This document shows positions 49,318-59,177 of a DNA stretch of 64,000 bases, one piece after another (positions within the stretch are counted from its first letter, which is position 1; the number at the start of each line of letters is the position of its first letter). The stretch spans positions 8,667-72,666 of the forward strand of contig DASZRD010000004.1 in the NCBI GenBank assembly GCA_035549255.1, in the 5' to 3' direction. The stretch is from Minisyncoccota bacterium. GTDB lineage: Bacteria > Patescibacteriota > Minisyncoccia > Phycocordibacterales > SBAW01. The notes beneath the pieces were generated by a model. That model was not told the DNA's origin. It saw only the letters and a list, made by a program, of their open reading frames with translations, and searched no databases. Both the position numbers and the translations under genes were made by a program.

Positions 49318-49635
49318 TTACTTAAATTCCCACAGCACGTCGCGGAAGTTTACTATCTTGTCGTTCTTGTCGAGCTCGATCCCCTCTTTTTTATACAGCG
49401 CGCGGCGCTTCTTCTCGTACTCGGGGCTCATCCACACCCTGCCGTCAGCATAGACGATGCGGTGCCATGGGATTGTATGCTCGCCCTTGTCCCACGCCTT
49501 GCCGAGTATCGCGGTGATGCTTTGCGAGGCCATGGGCCCCGCGCCCGCGGCGATCGCGATGCGGCCGTAGGTGGTGACGCGCCCCGGCGGCACCGAGAGC
49601 GCAAGCTCGAGTACCTTCTCGCTGAATGTTTTCAT
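49318..49635 (-). CDS. atl: Alkyltransferase-like protein (Atl; MGMT DNA-binding domain with Trp replacing the active-site Cys)
   Basis: IPWHRIV replaces the PCHRV motif of Ogt/Ada. Start at MKTFSEKV. Confidence 0.65.
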   Translation of the reverse strand: MKTFSEKVLELALSVPPGRVTTYGRIAIAAGAGPMASQSITAILGKAWDKGEHTIPWHRIVYADGRVWMSPEYEKKRRALYKKEGIELDKNDKIVNFRDVLWEFK

Positions 49636-49637
49636 GG

Positions 49638-50201
49638 CTAGAAGATAAAGGGGACCAGCATCTTGGTGCGCTTTTTGTACGCGGGGTACGCATCGAGGAA
49701 TTCCTTGCTTAGAAGCTTCTCCTCCTGCGTCGCGCTGTAGATAAAGTAGGCGCCCGAGGCTGCGAACCATACGAGCCACACCCAGCCTGTTGCGAGCGCC
49801 GAGCCGAGCACGGCAAGCAGCACGCCGGTATAGATTGGGTGCCGTACATACGTATAGGGGCCGCTGGTCACGAGCTCGGGCGAATCTTTAACCGACATCG
49901 GCATGCCCCAGTTCTTACCAAGATAGAAGCGCGCCCAGACTGCAAAACCGATCCCCGCGACGCACAAGAGCGCGCCGACTGGCGCCCATGCGGACGCCGC
50001 GGAGACCGGGAGCGCCAGCGAGATATAGCGCGTCGCGCGCGACATGCCGAGTGCTATCACCACCACGAAGAACGCGACGATGCGGAAGATAAAGAAGCCG
50101 CGGTGGCTGCGCAGGTTGCGCTTGGCCCCCAGCGCGGCGATGATCCACACCGCAAGAAATACTGCCCAGCACGCGACGATGATCCAGCTGTAGATGGTCA
50201 T
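49638..50201 (-). CDS. Isoprenylcysteine carboxyl methyltransferase / phospholipid methyltransferase family membrane protein
   Basis: C-terminal YTYVRHPIYTGVLLAVLGSALATG motif typical of the ICMT/PEMT family. Confidence 0.7.
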   Translation of the reverse strand: MTIYSWIIVACWAVFLAVWIIAALGAKRNLRSHRGFFIFRIVAFFVVVIALGMSRATRYISLALPVSAASAWAPVGALLCVAGIGFAVWARFYLGKNWGMPMSVKDSPELVTSGPYTYVRHPIYTGVLLAVLGSALATGWVWLVWFAASGAYFIYSATQEEKLLSKEFLDAYPAYKKRTKMLVPFIF

Positions 50202-50304
50202 GAGGCTATTGTAGCAAATTGACTCGGCGCAGGTCAGTGGTATGGTGGCAGTGACTCGATCTTTGCGCGGGCCCGCGTGGCAAACAAACTCCAGGGAGGA
50301 TGCA

Positions 50305-50496
50305 ATGGATTACCTGTACGCTCAGGAGGCGCAATGGGAGCAAACGCTCAACTCCCTTTTCCCAACCCATTGGTGGGAATTCCTCGGACGCGTGGAGTTC
50401 TGGATAATCGCGTTCCCGCTGTGCGTGGCGTGGATCTACTTCAGCGCCAAGCTTGCCGGCGCGATGAGAGAATTTTTCCTTCCCCAGGACAAGTAG
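50305..50496 (+). CDS. Small membrane protein (63 aa)
   Basis: RBS agggagga upstream of the ATG. TM helix FWIIAFPLCVAWIYF. Terminator hairpin gcgccgcgacc-tctaa-ggtcgcggcgc at about 50499..50535. Confidence 0.35.
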   Translation: MDYLYAQEAQWEQTLNSLFPTHWWEFLGRVEFWIIAFPLCVAWIYFSAKLAGAMREFFLPQDK

Positions 50497-50555
50497 CACG
50501 GCGCGCCGCGACCTCTAAGGTCGCGGCGCTTTCTTTACCTTTGTGCATCCTTATT

Positions 50556-51305
50556 TTATGCAAGCGCTTCGGGATGCTTGCTGCTCCACTGGAAGAGCGC
50601 CACCGCAGCGGCGGCTGCAACATTGAGCGACTCAGCGCGCGAGTGCATGGGGACCTTAAGGACCGCGTCGCACAAGACGCGCAGGCTGCGCGGAATGCCC
50701 TCGCCCTCATTGCCCATCACGATAACCGTGGGCGAACTGAACGATTCCTCAACGATACTTTTCTTCCCCTCGCCTGCGAGCGCGTAGACTTTAAACCCGC
50801 GCTTCTTGAGGTCGTAGACCGCCTTCTCCGCATCGTCGATCGAGACGAGCGGGATGCGGAAGGCCATCCCTGCTGAGACTTTGATAACCGCGCTCGTGAT
50901 GGGCGACTGATTCTTTTGCGGCATGAGGACCCCGCTCGCGCCAAAGCCCGCGGCCGAGCGGATGATGGCGCCGGTGTTGTGCGGGTCTTGGATGCCCGCG
51001 AGCACGACAAGACAGCTCGCCGGAGTGATCTCGAGCCCGCGCACGAAGTCTTCGTACTTTTTCGTGAGGGTAAAGACCGAGAGCTGCGCGATGACGTTCT
51101 GATGCGCGCTCCCTGCCTTGAGGTCCGCCCGAGCGACGCCCGCCGCAAGCGGCTCAAGCGCGACGCCCGAGCCGCTTACCAAGGAGCGCATACCGGGGTC
51201 AAGCTCCCGCGTGTCGGCATACACTTTAAGCACCGACTCGCGCGCGTGGAGGAGCGCTTCGGCGACCGCATGCCTACCGTAGATATAAACCTTGGGTTGC
51301 TTCAC
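50556..51305 (-). CDS. TrmH/SpoU-family RNA 2'-O-methyltransferase (RlmB-like)
   Basis: SPOUT motifs LVVLAGIQDPHNTGAIIRSAAGFG and VIVMGNEGEGI, with an N-terminal substrate-binding domain. Confidence 0.75.
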   Translation of the reverse strand: MKQPKVYIYGRHAVAEALLHARESVLKVYADTRELDPGMRSLVSGSGVALEPLAAGVARADLKAGSAHQNVIAQLSVFTLTKKYEDFVRGLEITPASCLVVLAGIQDPHNTGAIIRSAAGFGASGVLMPQKNQSPITSAVIKVSAGMAFRIPLVSIDDAEKAVYDLKKRGFKVYALAGEGKKSIVEESFSSPTVIVMGNEGEGIPRSLRVLCDAVLKVPMHSRAESLNVAAAAAVALFQWSSKHPEALA

Positions 51306-51387
51306 CCCTTAAGCGTACACTAGCTTTGTGGTACAGTGCAAAAAGACTTTGGTACTTCATCTCAGAAGCCGTTAGAGGAGGAATGCC

Positions 51388-51903
51388 TTGACTGCTCATA
51401 CGCTTGCCCATGGCATCTACCACGCCAAATCGCTCAAACATCGCTGGCCCGCCCACAACACTGATTGGGAGGGTAAACCGTTCTTGATCTGCGACACTAT
51501 GCCGCTCGCCATGCCGGTCGCCGACATCGTCTTGTTCATCAAGACAAACGCCGACATGATTGGCGCAAGCCGGGAGCGGGCCAAAGGCGGGGTGCGCGAG
51601 CACATGGTCAAATTCGCCACGCTCAAGTACGAACCGGAGTTCTACAGCGAGAAGGGTCTCGAATACCGCGTACGCCAGATGCTCCTCAAGCAATGCGAGG
51701 GTCAGCGCGTACGCCTGAATGTCCTGCGCAGCAAGAAATCTTCCTGGGAAGCGGTCGGCATCATGCAAGGGTTCGAATCGCCGACTAAGATATCGCTTGC
51801 CAAGTGCACGCTTGCCAAGCCGGCCACCGACCGCGTGCTTCTCAAGGACAAGAATATCGTCCTCAAGATCAACAAGGTCATCGGCATCGCGCTCGCCGCA
51901 TAA
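51388..51903 (+). CDS. Hypothetical protein (171 aa), TTG start
   Basis: RBS gaggagga 8 nt upstream of the TTG. Terminator hairpin aaagggccgctc-acaa-gagcggcccttttt at about 51920..51952. Confidence 0.45.
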   Translation: MTAHTLAHGIYHAKSLKHRWPAHNTDWEGKPFLICDTMPLAMPVADIVLFIKTNADMIGASRERAKGGVREHMVKFATLKYEPEFYSEKGLEYRVRQMLLKQCEGQRVRLNVLRSKKSSWEAVGIMQGFESPTKISLAKCTLAKPATDRVLLKDKNIVLKINKVIGIALAA

Positions 51904-51973
51904 TCGCGGCGGAATAATGCAAAGGGCCGCTCACAAGAGCGGCCCTTTTTCTATATCTTTATCTTTAATTTTA

Positions 51974-52897
51974 TTATCTCCCCAAGACCAGCGTGCGGCG
52001 GATCGCATCGAAGGTATTGACGAGCGACGTGCGATCGAACTCAGTCACCGCACCGGCCGGATAATTCTCTATGACGCCATAGTGGATCATGTAGCGTATC
52101 GCCGTGCAAGGGTTGGTGCCGGGGATCGCGAAGACCGCCTCGTCATACCGGTTGCCGGCGGCGGCGTCGGTGGTCGTGGCGACTGAATAGTCGACGCCAT
52201 TATCGCTGAACGTGGTTACCTTGCCCCCGTTGCCCATGTCGAGGAAGAGGTCTGCAGTGCACGAGGCGGTCGCCTTGGGGAGCCATTCGACGCTGGCATA
52301 CGTATCGCTTGCGAGGTTGGTCCCGGTCGCGACCGAAGCCGGGATCGTGATCTTAACGCCCGGGATGCTCTTGCCGGGGCCGAGCGCCTGATAGCTGTAA
52401 TTGGGGTCAAGCGTGTAGCCTTGCGGGAAGCGGATCGAGAAGCCCGCGGTCGAGGTAGCATAAATCTGGCTGAGGACGCCGGTAGGATCGGGCGCTACGA
52501 TTATGCAGCCCGTATAGGTCTGCGTCTGATCCGCGCCTTCCTGTACGAAAGCGGTATTGCCCTTGCCCCAGAAGATGAACGACTCGTCGGCATTGGCATA
52601 GCGCACGCCGGAGGCAGAGATCGTCTGCGGTATGGTCATGCTGCGGCCATCGCTGAGCGTAAGCGCCACGCTGCCGCCAGGCGTAGGCGGCTGGTTGGGG
52701 TCATTCGAAGGCGTCGAGGAACCTTCGTAGAAGGAGGCGCTGATTGACTTGCCCGCATCGCATGCGAAGGAAGCGGTAGCGATGGGCTGCTGGTTCTGCT
52801 GCCCCGCCGGCGCGGCGTTCTGGCCGATATACCACCAGCCCAGGCCCAGGAGCGCAAGCAGTACGACAATGACAATAATAGCGGTTGATGTTTTCAT
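51974..52897 (-). CDS. Secreted hypothetical protein (307 aa)
   Basis: Signal anchor MKTSTAIIVIVVLLALLGLGWWYI. Confidence 0.45.
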   Translation of the reverse strand: MKTSTAIIVIVVLLALLGLGWWYIGQNAAPAGQQNQQPIATASFACDAGKSISASFYEGSSTPSNDPNQPPTPGGSVALTLSDGRSMTIPQTISASGVRYANADESFIFWGKGNTAFVQEGADQTQTYTGCIIVAPDPTGVLSQIYATSTAGFSIRFPQGYTLDPNYSYQALGPGKSIPGVKITIPASVATGTNLASDTYASVEWLPKATASCTADLFLDMGNGGKVTTFSDNGVDYSVATTTDAAAGNRYDEAVFAIPGTNPCTAIRYMIHYGVIENYPAGAVTEFDRTSLVNTFDAIRRTLVLGR

Positions 52898-52981
52898 GTG
52901 ACTAAGAAATTATATTGGTATCTGACGCCCGGTAAGCATGAACCTTACATCCTGAAGCATACATGAGCGCCGCGAAGCAGG

Positions 52982-54142
52982 CTAGTCGAGCACGCCCCAG
53001 ATGCGCTGATCTTCCCCACCGTCGAGCTTGAAGATGGCAACGCCGCGCAGGCCCAATTGCTTCGCGAGCGCGATCTTCTGCGCCACGGAGACGGCGTCGT
53101 CCCACCAGAGGAGATTGAAAGTCTGCGCCGAGGCCGCGGCGGGGCCGAGCGCCGTCGCCGCTGTAGGCACGCCGGCCACTGCAGGCGTGGAGCTTGGGAT
53201 ATAGCTGAACGAGAGCTCGCCGGCGGTATTGCGCATCGGCGTGATGCCGTAGGATGCGGCGAGCTCTAGCGCATAGTTGGGGTCGAAGGACCAGAGCGTG
53301 TCGTAGCTGAAGCCCTGCTGGGAGAGCGGCGTCACCTGATACTCGTAGCCGTAGGTCGGGATGCCGAGGATGATCTTCTTCTTGGAGATCGACTGCTCGG
53401 CAACCTGGACCACCTTGGTGACCCACGCCGGGTCGGCGACTGGCGCATAGGGCGCGTTATTGGCGGCGGCGTTGAGCTTCACGTCTATGGTGCCTTGGTC
53501 GTACGCCATGATCTGCACGCGGTCGCAGTAGTTGTTGATCTGGGCGAAGTCGTTGGCATAGATCGTCGCATCGGCGGGCGGCGTACCGGTATAGCGCGAG
53601 GAGAGCGGCGTACGGGACTCGATCGTACAATAGACCCACTTTTGCCCCATGCGCTGGTAGAGGCCCTTGAGGAAGGTCGAGAAGTAATCCTTGGTTGCAG
53701 CGGTCTTGTTTTCGAAGTCGATGTCGATGCCGTCAAAGCCCTCGCGCATGACGAGCGCGGCGATCTGGTCTTCGAGCGCGATGCGCGTCGTGGAATTTGA
53801 AAGCGTATTGTAGATCTGAGCCCCGTCGCTCCACATGATGGTGGGTATGACCCGCACGTGGTCGGCTTTCGCCTGCGCGATGAGGCCTTTCCACGGATCG
53901 TCGGCGATGCCCATGGCATCGTAGAGCACGCCGTCGCTCGACACCGTATAGCCGAAGGGGTAGATCGCGGTGAAATCGTCGATGTGCGGCAGCACGTCGG
54001 CCACGCCCTGATCCTCGCGCCAGTACGGGATCCATCCGCCCACCTCGAGCGAAGATTTCAGCTGCGCCGCGTGCGCGAAGGAAGGCGTGAGCGAGACAAG
54101 CCCCAATGCGAACAGTATTCCAAAGAAAAATCGCCGCTGCAT
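52982..54142 (-). CDS. Secreted glycoside hydrolase family 18 protein
   Basis: Signal peptide, and the GH18 catalytic motif FDGIDIDFE (DxxDxDxE). Confidence 0.7.
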   Translation of the reverse strand: MQRRFFFGILFALGLVSLTPSFAHAAQLKSSLEVGGWIPYWREDQGVADVLPHIDDFTAIYPFGYTVSSDGVLYDAMGIADDPWKGLIAQAKADHVRVIPTIMWSDGAQIYNTLSNSTTRIALEDQIAALVMREGFDGIDIDFENKTAATKDYFSTFLKGLYQRMGQKWVYCTIESRTPLSSRYTGTPPADATIYANDFAQINNYCDRVQIMAYDQGTIDVKLNAAANNAPYAPVADPAWVTKVVQVAEQSISKKKIILGIPTYGYEYQVTPLSQQGFSYDTLWSFDPNYALELAASYGITPMRNTAGELSFSYIPSSTPAVAGVPTAATALGPAAASAQTFNLLWWDDAVSVAQKIALAKQLGLRGVAIFKLDGGEDQRIWGVLD

Positions 54143-54181
54143 AATTTCAGTATACCCGATGACGAACGCATGTGCGCGCTC

Positions 54182-54655
54182 TTACGGCTGGGTCGTGGTC
54201 GATTGCACGACCGGCGTGAAGTCCTGCCCGCGACCGCCGGCCGTCGTGATCGCGCCCTTCTTGAGGACGAGCTTGTCGTCAGCGTCGCGGAAGACCGCTA
54301 TCTCGGTGCCGCCCGCGTCGGTGCGGCAGATGACGCCCGAGAGCTCGCCGGACATGAGCGTCGCATTTGCGCCGTCGATGATGCTGCACGTGCCCGCGTA
54401 CGTGCCGGTCGGAAGGTCAGCACCCGCGATCTCAAGCGTTATCGCGGTCTGCGGTCCTGGCGTATCCGGAAGCGGCGCGGCTGGCACCAAGTGCCAGACA
54501 AACTGCTCGCGCAAAGTGTCATCGACCAGGGAGCCCTCGTGGAAGGTGTAGTACACGAACCAGCCCCCGAGCCCTACGATGATAAGAAGGGCTACGATGA
54601 CCGAAAGCCCGTATGTTTTGCGCACATCTGACGAAGAGTCGTTTTGGGACGGCAT
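54182..54655 (-). CDS. Membrane-anchored hypothetical protein (157 aa)
   Basis: TM segment LSVIVALLIIVGLGGWFVYY. Confidence 0.4.
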   Translation of the reverse strand: MPSQNDSSSDVRKTYGLSVIVALLIIVGLGGWFVYYTFHEGSLVDDTLREQFVWHLVPAAPLPDTPGPQTAITLEIAGADLPTGTYAGTCSIIDGANATLMSGELSGVICRTDAGGTEIAVFRDADDKLVLKKGAITTAGGRGQDFTPVVQSTTTQP

Positions 54656-54702
54656 GATGAAAGGAGAATAGCGTAAGTAATCTGTACCGAAGATGAAGCG
54701 GC

Positions 54703-56478
54703 TTACGAGTGACCCTGGCGCTTGCCACTCGGCTTCTTGCGCAGGCGCACGCTTGCGGGCGTAACCTCAAGATACTCATCCTCGGCCATGACTTCAAGCC
54801 CGCGCTCGATCGTGAGCGTGTAGGGTGGCACGAGCATGATCGCCTCGTCGGAGCCGGAGGCGCGCATGTTGGTGAGCTGCTTGCCCTTGGTGGGGTTGAC
54901 CTCCATCTCCTCGCCCTTGGAGGTGTTGCCGATAACCTGGCCCTCGTAGACCTCGGTCGCGGGGGTGATATAGAGCACGCCGCGGTCCTGGAGGTTCCAG
55001 AGGCTGAAGCCCAGCGCCTTGCCCGCGGCCATGGATATCATCGATCCTTGAGCGCGCTTGACGATCTCGCCCGCATACGCCCTGAACTCGGCGAAGCGGC
55101 TCGAGAGGATCCCCTCGCCCTTGGTGTCGAGGACGAATTGCGAGCGGTAGCCGAGGAGTCCGCGCGTCGGGCCCTCGAAGGTCATGCGCACGGTCTCGCT
55201 GTGCTGACGCATATCTTTAAGGATGCATTTGCGCAGGCCCAGCTTCTCGATGATTGCACCCTGGAATTGCGACGGCGTATCGATGACGATCTCCTCGAAC
55301 GGCTCGAATACTTTGCCGTCCCGCTCTTCGAGGATCACGTGCGGCTGCGAGACTTGGACCTCATAGCCCTCGCGGCGCATGTTCTCAAGCAATATGGAGA
55401 TGTGGAGCTCGCCGCGGCCGGATACATGGAAGGTCTCGCTCGAGTCGAAGTCGACCCTGAGGCCGACATTGACCTCGAGCTCGCGCTCGAGGCGCTCGCG
55501 AATCTGGCGCGAGGTGACGAACTTCCCTTCGCGGCCGGCGAAGGGCGAGGAGTTCACGAGAAAGTCGAGCGTGATCGTGGGCTCATCGATCGCGATTGCA
55601 GGAAGTGGAGCGGCATCCTTGTCGCTCGTTACGGTCTCGCCGATAAAGATATCGGGCAACCCGGCCACAAGCACGATATCGCCCGCCTCGGCGCTCGCAG
55701 TCTCTACTTTCTGGAGGCCCTTAAAGGTATAGAGCTTGGTGATCTTTCCCGCACGCGTTTCGCCGTCGGGCTTTTTTATGAACACGCCATCGTTGACTGA
55801 AGCCTTGCCCTGATAGATGCGCGCGAAGGCGAGGCGGCCGAGGAAATTATCGTAGCCCAAGTTAAACGGCTGCATCATAAGAGCGCCCTCCTCCATGCCG
55901 GGCGCGTTGGCTGCCGGAACTTTTTCAAGAATCGTATCGAGGAGCGGCGTCAAATCCTTCGACTCGTCCGTAAGCTTTATCTTGGCAACACCTTCGCGGC
56001 CGATCGCATAGACGACTGGGAAATTGCTCTGCTCATCGCTGGCGCCGAGTTCGAGAAAGAGCTCGAGCACCGATTCTTCCGCCTGGGCGGGGTTGGCGGC
56101 GGGCTTGTCGATCTTGTTGATGACAACGATGGGCTTGAGGCCGAGCTCGAGGGACTTCTTGAGCACGAAGCGCGTCTGCGGCATCGGGCCCTCCTGCGCG
56201 TCGACGACGAGGAGCACCGAGTCGATCGAGCGCAGCACGCGCTCGACCTCGCTGCCGAAGTCGGCATGGCCCGGCGTATCGACGATGTTGATCTTGGTCC
56301 CCTTGTACGGGATCGACGCGTTCTTGGCATAGATGGTAATGCCGCGCTCGCGTTCGAGCGTGTTGCTATCCATAGACACCCCTTCCTCCCCCACGCCGCA
56401 TTGCTTGAGCATGGCGTCGGTGAGCGTCGTCTTGCCGTGGTCGACGTGCGCGATAATTGCGATATTGCGTATCTCCAT
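54703..56478 (-). CDS. typA: Translational GTPase TypA/BipA
   Basis: [24 protein letters not shown] start, G-domain motifs, and EF-G-like domains. The listed upstream extension (start 56586) is unlikely. Confidence 0.9.
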   Translation of the reverse strand: MEIRNIAIIAHVDHGKTTLTDAMLKQCGVGEEGVSMDSNTLERERGITIYAKNASIPYKGTKINIVDTPGHADFGSEVERVLRSIDSVLLVVDAQEGPMPQTRFVLKKSLELGLKPIVVINKIDKPAANPAQAEESVLELFLELGASDEQSNFPVVYAIGREGVAKIKLTDESKDLTPLLDTILEKVPAANAPGMEEGALMMQPFNLGYDNFLGRLAFARIYQGKASVNDGVFIKKPDGETRAGKITKLYTFKGLQKVETASAEAGDIVLVAGLPDIFIGETVTSDKDAAPLPAIAIDEPTITLDFLVNSSPFAGREGKFVTSRQIRERLERELEVNVGLRVDFDSSETFHVSGRGELHISILLENMRREGYEVQVSQPHVILEERDGKVFEPFEEIVIDTPSQFQGAIIEKLGLRKCILKDMRQHSETVRMTFEGPTRGLLGYRSQFVLDTKGEGILSSRFAEFRAYAGEIVKRAQGSMISMAAGKALGFSLWNLQDRGVLYITPATEVYEGQVIGNTSKGEEMEVNPTKGKQLTNMRASGSDEAIMLVPPYTLTIERGLEVMAEDEYLEVTPASVRLRKKPSGKRQGHS

Positions 56479-56545
56479 TGAATTAAAAAGGCCGGGCGGC
56501 TCCCGGACACACATACAGAATACCCCAAAAACCTTTAGAGCACAA

Positions 56546-56568
56546 CGGCCACCCTTGTGGGGTGGCCG
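56546..56568 (-). terminator. Hairpin cggccaccc-ttgtg-gggtggccg between the small ORF 56593..56703 and typA
   Basis: Perfect 9-bp stem. On the minus strand it is followed by ttgtgctctaaaggttttt. Confidence 0.5.
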
Positions 56569-56592
56569 CTCATGCCCGAGCGTCAAGCTCTG

Positions 56593-56703
56593 CTAAGAAT
56601 TGGAAGAATTGTCAGAACCAGGCATGTCGGAGGTAGTGTTGCGGTTGTCGCCTTTGTTCTGCTGATGATTCTGCTGGTCGTTGCGCTTTTCGTCGTTGTT
56701 CAT
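56593..56703 (-). CDS. Possible small hydrophilic Asn/Gln-rich protein (36 aa: MNNDEKRNDQQNHQQNKGDNRNTTSDMPGSDNSSNS)
   Basis: Unlisted ORF with its own downstream terminator hairpin. Low GC relative to neighbours. Confidence 0.3.
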   Translation of the reverse strand: MNNDEKRNDQQNHQQNKGDNRNTTSDMPGSDNSSNS

Positions 56704-56829
56704 AATTTTTACTGCTTATGCAAGCACCGATAATATTGCCCATCGACCTCGGCCTAGCATACGAAACCCTCGCTGAAGCGCGGGTTAAGGAGCCGCGCCT
56801 TGCCGCCACAAGGCCGAAATCAGGCGCGC

Positions 56830-56955
56830 CTAGCGGGCGCCGACGCGGCGCATCTCTTCCTCGTCGATATATTCGGCTTCGCTGATGCGCGTGCCCACGC
56901 CGACGATAAAGACGGCTAGGAGTATGAGTGATAACAGGATAATGACGATGCTCAT
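56830..56955 (-). CDS. Possible small membrane protein (41 aa: MSIVIILLSLILLAVFIVGVGTRISEAEYIDEEEMRRVGAR)
   Basis: Unlisted ORF with one TM helix. Confidence 0.25.
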   Translation of the reverse strand: MSIVIILLSLILLAVFIVGVGTRISEAEYIDEEEMRRVGAR

Positions 56956-57002
56956 GCATCAATTCTATGCCTGCAGCGCTAAAGTCTCGATGAAGCGGCA
57001 GA

Positions 57003-58751
57003 TCAGCCGAAGGTGAAGGTGTACGCGTCGAGCGTGCCCGAGACGACCTCGATTTCGATCGTATGAATGCCGGGCGAGACGTCGTGCGCGAGCTTGTAGA
57101 GCCGGTCGCTGTCGATAGTTGCCGTGCCGCTCGCAGGGTCGACGTCGCTCCCCGCAAGGGCGCCCACGGGCTTGCCATCGAGCAGCACCCTGACAACCGC
57201 CGGCGCGCCGCCCGCGGGCGCCGCTACCATATATATGTCATGCGCGCTGTACTGGTAGAGTATGTCCGCCCCCGCGCCCCCTTCCGCATACTCCGGAGCA
57301 ACCGTCCACGCACCGCCGAGGTAAAGCGTGTTGGGCGCGGGGGCGGATTGCGGCAAGGTAAAGGCCTGCGCGCCCGCAACGCCTTGCTGGCCGTTGCCGA
57401 GATACTCATTGCGATTGGAGCCGAAGTACGTCTCCGGGCTCTGTATCGCGGAGAAATCCGTCGGCGCGATAGTGACAGTCGACGTGGCAACCGCACTGCC
57501 GCCCAGGCGCGCCGCGCGCTCGGCAAGCGCGGCCTGTATCGCCGCCTCGGTCTCTGCGTACTCCCCTTCGCCCGCGTGCTCATGCACGACATAGCCGTCG
57601 ATGTCGATCAAATATTCATTCGGCCAGTACTCGTTCTGATACGCGTTCCATGTCTTGTATTCGTTGTCGAGCACGACCGGGTACTTGATGCCCGCCGCAT
57701 TCACCGCCGCCTGCACATTGGCAAGTTCGTGCTCGAAGGAGAACTCCGGCGTGTGCACGCCGATGATGACAAGTCCCTGGCCCTTGTATTTCTCATACCA
57801 CGCATTGAGATACGGCGTCGTGCGCTCGCAATTGATGCAGCTATAGTCCCAGAAGTCGATCAGCACCACGTCCTTGCCGATGTATTGTGCGAGATCGATC
57901 GGCTGGCCGTCGGTGTTGATATAGCCGTCGATGCCAGCGAGCTCCGGGGCCTTCTGGTACGCGAGCGCCTTCGCCATAGGCGAGAGAAATGCGCCCGCGG
58001 GCGTCGAGGTCGCCGCGGAGTTATCATTGCCGCCGCCGAGCAGCATCTGCTCGATCTGCGTTTCGCCGAAGGCCGCCGCCGGAAGCGCCGCCTCGAGCTT
58101 CTTGTCGAGGCCCAGGATAACCGCAAGCCCGATGAGCACAAAAAGCATGCCGATCAATTTCTTAAACCATCCGTTCGCATCCGACGCGAGGCCGAGCCAG
58201 GTGGCCGCGCGCTGGCCGAGATACGCGATTATGAATAGCGAGAGCCCGAGGCCGATGACATACGCCGCGAGGTACAGCACCCCGGCTGTGAAGTTGGCGG
58301 GCAAAACTGCCGCAAGTATGACGAAATACGTCGGGCTGCACGAGGAGAATACAGGCCCGAGCGCGGCGCCCATGATGATGTCGCCCCAAAGGCTGTGCTT
58401 GCGATAGCCGCTGCCAAGCAGCTTGTTGGAGCTTTGATAGAGCGCCTGGGTGCCGGGGATCATGTCCCAGAGCGACGGAAATAAAGTGACAAGGCCGAAG
58501 AGGATGAGCAGGATGCCCGAGAGAAGCTGCCAGAAGATCGCAGGGATTGAGACAAACACCGTGCTGACTTTGAGGATCAACGTAAAGGCGAAGACGGACG
58601 CCGCAAGCGCCGTAACGATGACGACGGCACGGCGCGCGTTCGCCTCTCCTGCAACCGAGCCGCCGATAATGACCGGCAATAAGGGCAGGATGCAGGGCGC
58701 CAGCACCGTGAGCGCGCCCGCGAGGAGGGACACCAGCAAGAGCTCCGACAT
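57003..58751 (-). CDS. CcdA/DsbD-like thiol-disulfide transporter fused to a TlpA-like thioredoxin domain plus a C-terminal beta-rich domain
   Basis: N-terminal TM Cys motif (LAPCILPLLPV). Redoxin region DFWDYSCINCERTTPYLNAWYEKYKGQGLVIIGVHTPEF (CxxC). Confidence 0.65.
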   Translation of the reverse strand: MSELLLVSLLAGALTVLAPCILPLLPVIIGGSVAGEANARRAVVIVTALAASVFAFTLILKVSTVFVSIPAIFWQLLSGILLILFGLVTLFPSLWDMIPGTQALYQSSNKLLGSGYRKHSLWGDIIMGAALGPVFSSCSPTYFVILAAVLPANFTAGVLYLAAYVIGLGLSLFIIAYLGQRAATWLGLASDANGWFKKLIGMLFVLIGLAVILGLDKKLEAALPAAAFGETQIEQMLLGGGNDNSAATSTPAGAFLSPMAKALAYQKAPELAGIDGYINTDGQPIDLAQYIGKDVVLIDFWDYSCINCERTTPYLNAWYEKYKGQGLVIIGVHTPEFSFEHELANVQAAVNAAGIKYPVVLDNEYKTWNAYQNEYWPNEYLIDIDGYVVHEHAGEGEYAETEAAIQAALAERAARLGGSAVATSTVTIAPTDFSAIQSPETYFGSNRNEYLGNGQQGVAGAQAFTLPQSAPAPNTLYLGGAWTVAPEYAEGGAGADILYQYSAHDIYMVAAPAGGAPAVVRVLLDGKPVGALAGSDVDPASGTATIDSDRLYKLAHDVSPGIHTIEIEVVSGTLDAYTFTFG

Positions 58752-58835
58752 GGCTCTATAGTACCAGGAGTACCAGACGGACCGGGCACGCTACCCTCTT
58801 CTACTCCGTCTGCCGAAGATGTAGTATGGAAACAT

Positions 58836-59177
58836 ATGATCAAGATCAAGCGCGCCTACGATAAGGCGGAGGCATCGGATGGGCGTCGGGTGCTGGTGGA
58901 CCGCCTGTGGCCCCGCGGCGTCTCGAAAGCGGAAGCACAGCTCGATGCATGGGAGAAAGACATCGCCCCCACGACCGCCCTGCGGAAATGGTTCGGCCAC
59001 GACCCAAAGCACTGGGTCGAATTTAAGAAGCGCTACAAGGCCGAGCTGCGCGGCCACAAGCAGAAGCTCGTTGCCCTCAAAAAGAGTGCGAGACGCCTGA
59101 CTCTCGTGTATGGCGCCAAAGACCCGCTCCACAATCATGCGCTGGTGCTTAAAGAAGCGCTTGAGCGGATCGCGTAG
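58836..59177 (+). CDS. DUF488 (YeaO-like) family protein
   Basis: Motif DRLWPRGVSK...WEKDIAPTTALRKWFGHDPKHWVEFKKRY. Confidence 0.7.
   Translation: MIKIKRAYDKAEASDGRRVLVDRLWPRGVSKAEAQLDAWEKDIAPTTALRKWFGHDPKHWVEFKKRYKAELRGHKQKLVALKKSARRLTLVYGAKDPLHNHALVLKEALERIA

Noticed and set aside
56479-56586. Listed N-terminal extension of typA (MTLGHERPPHKGGRCALKVFGVFCMCV...)
   Set aside because: It covers the terminator hairpin and promoter region. Canonical TypA starts at [18 protein letters not shown] (ATG 56478).
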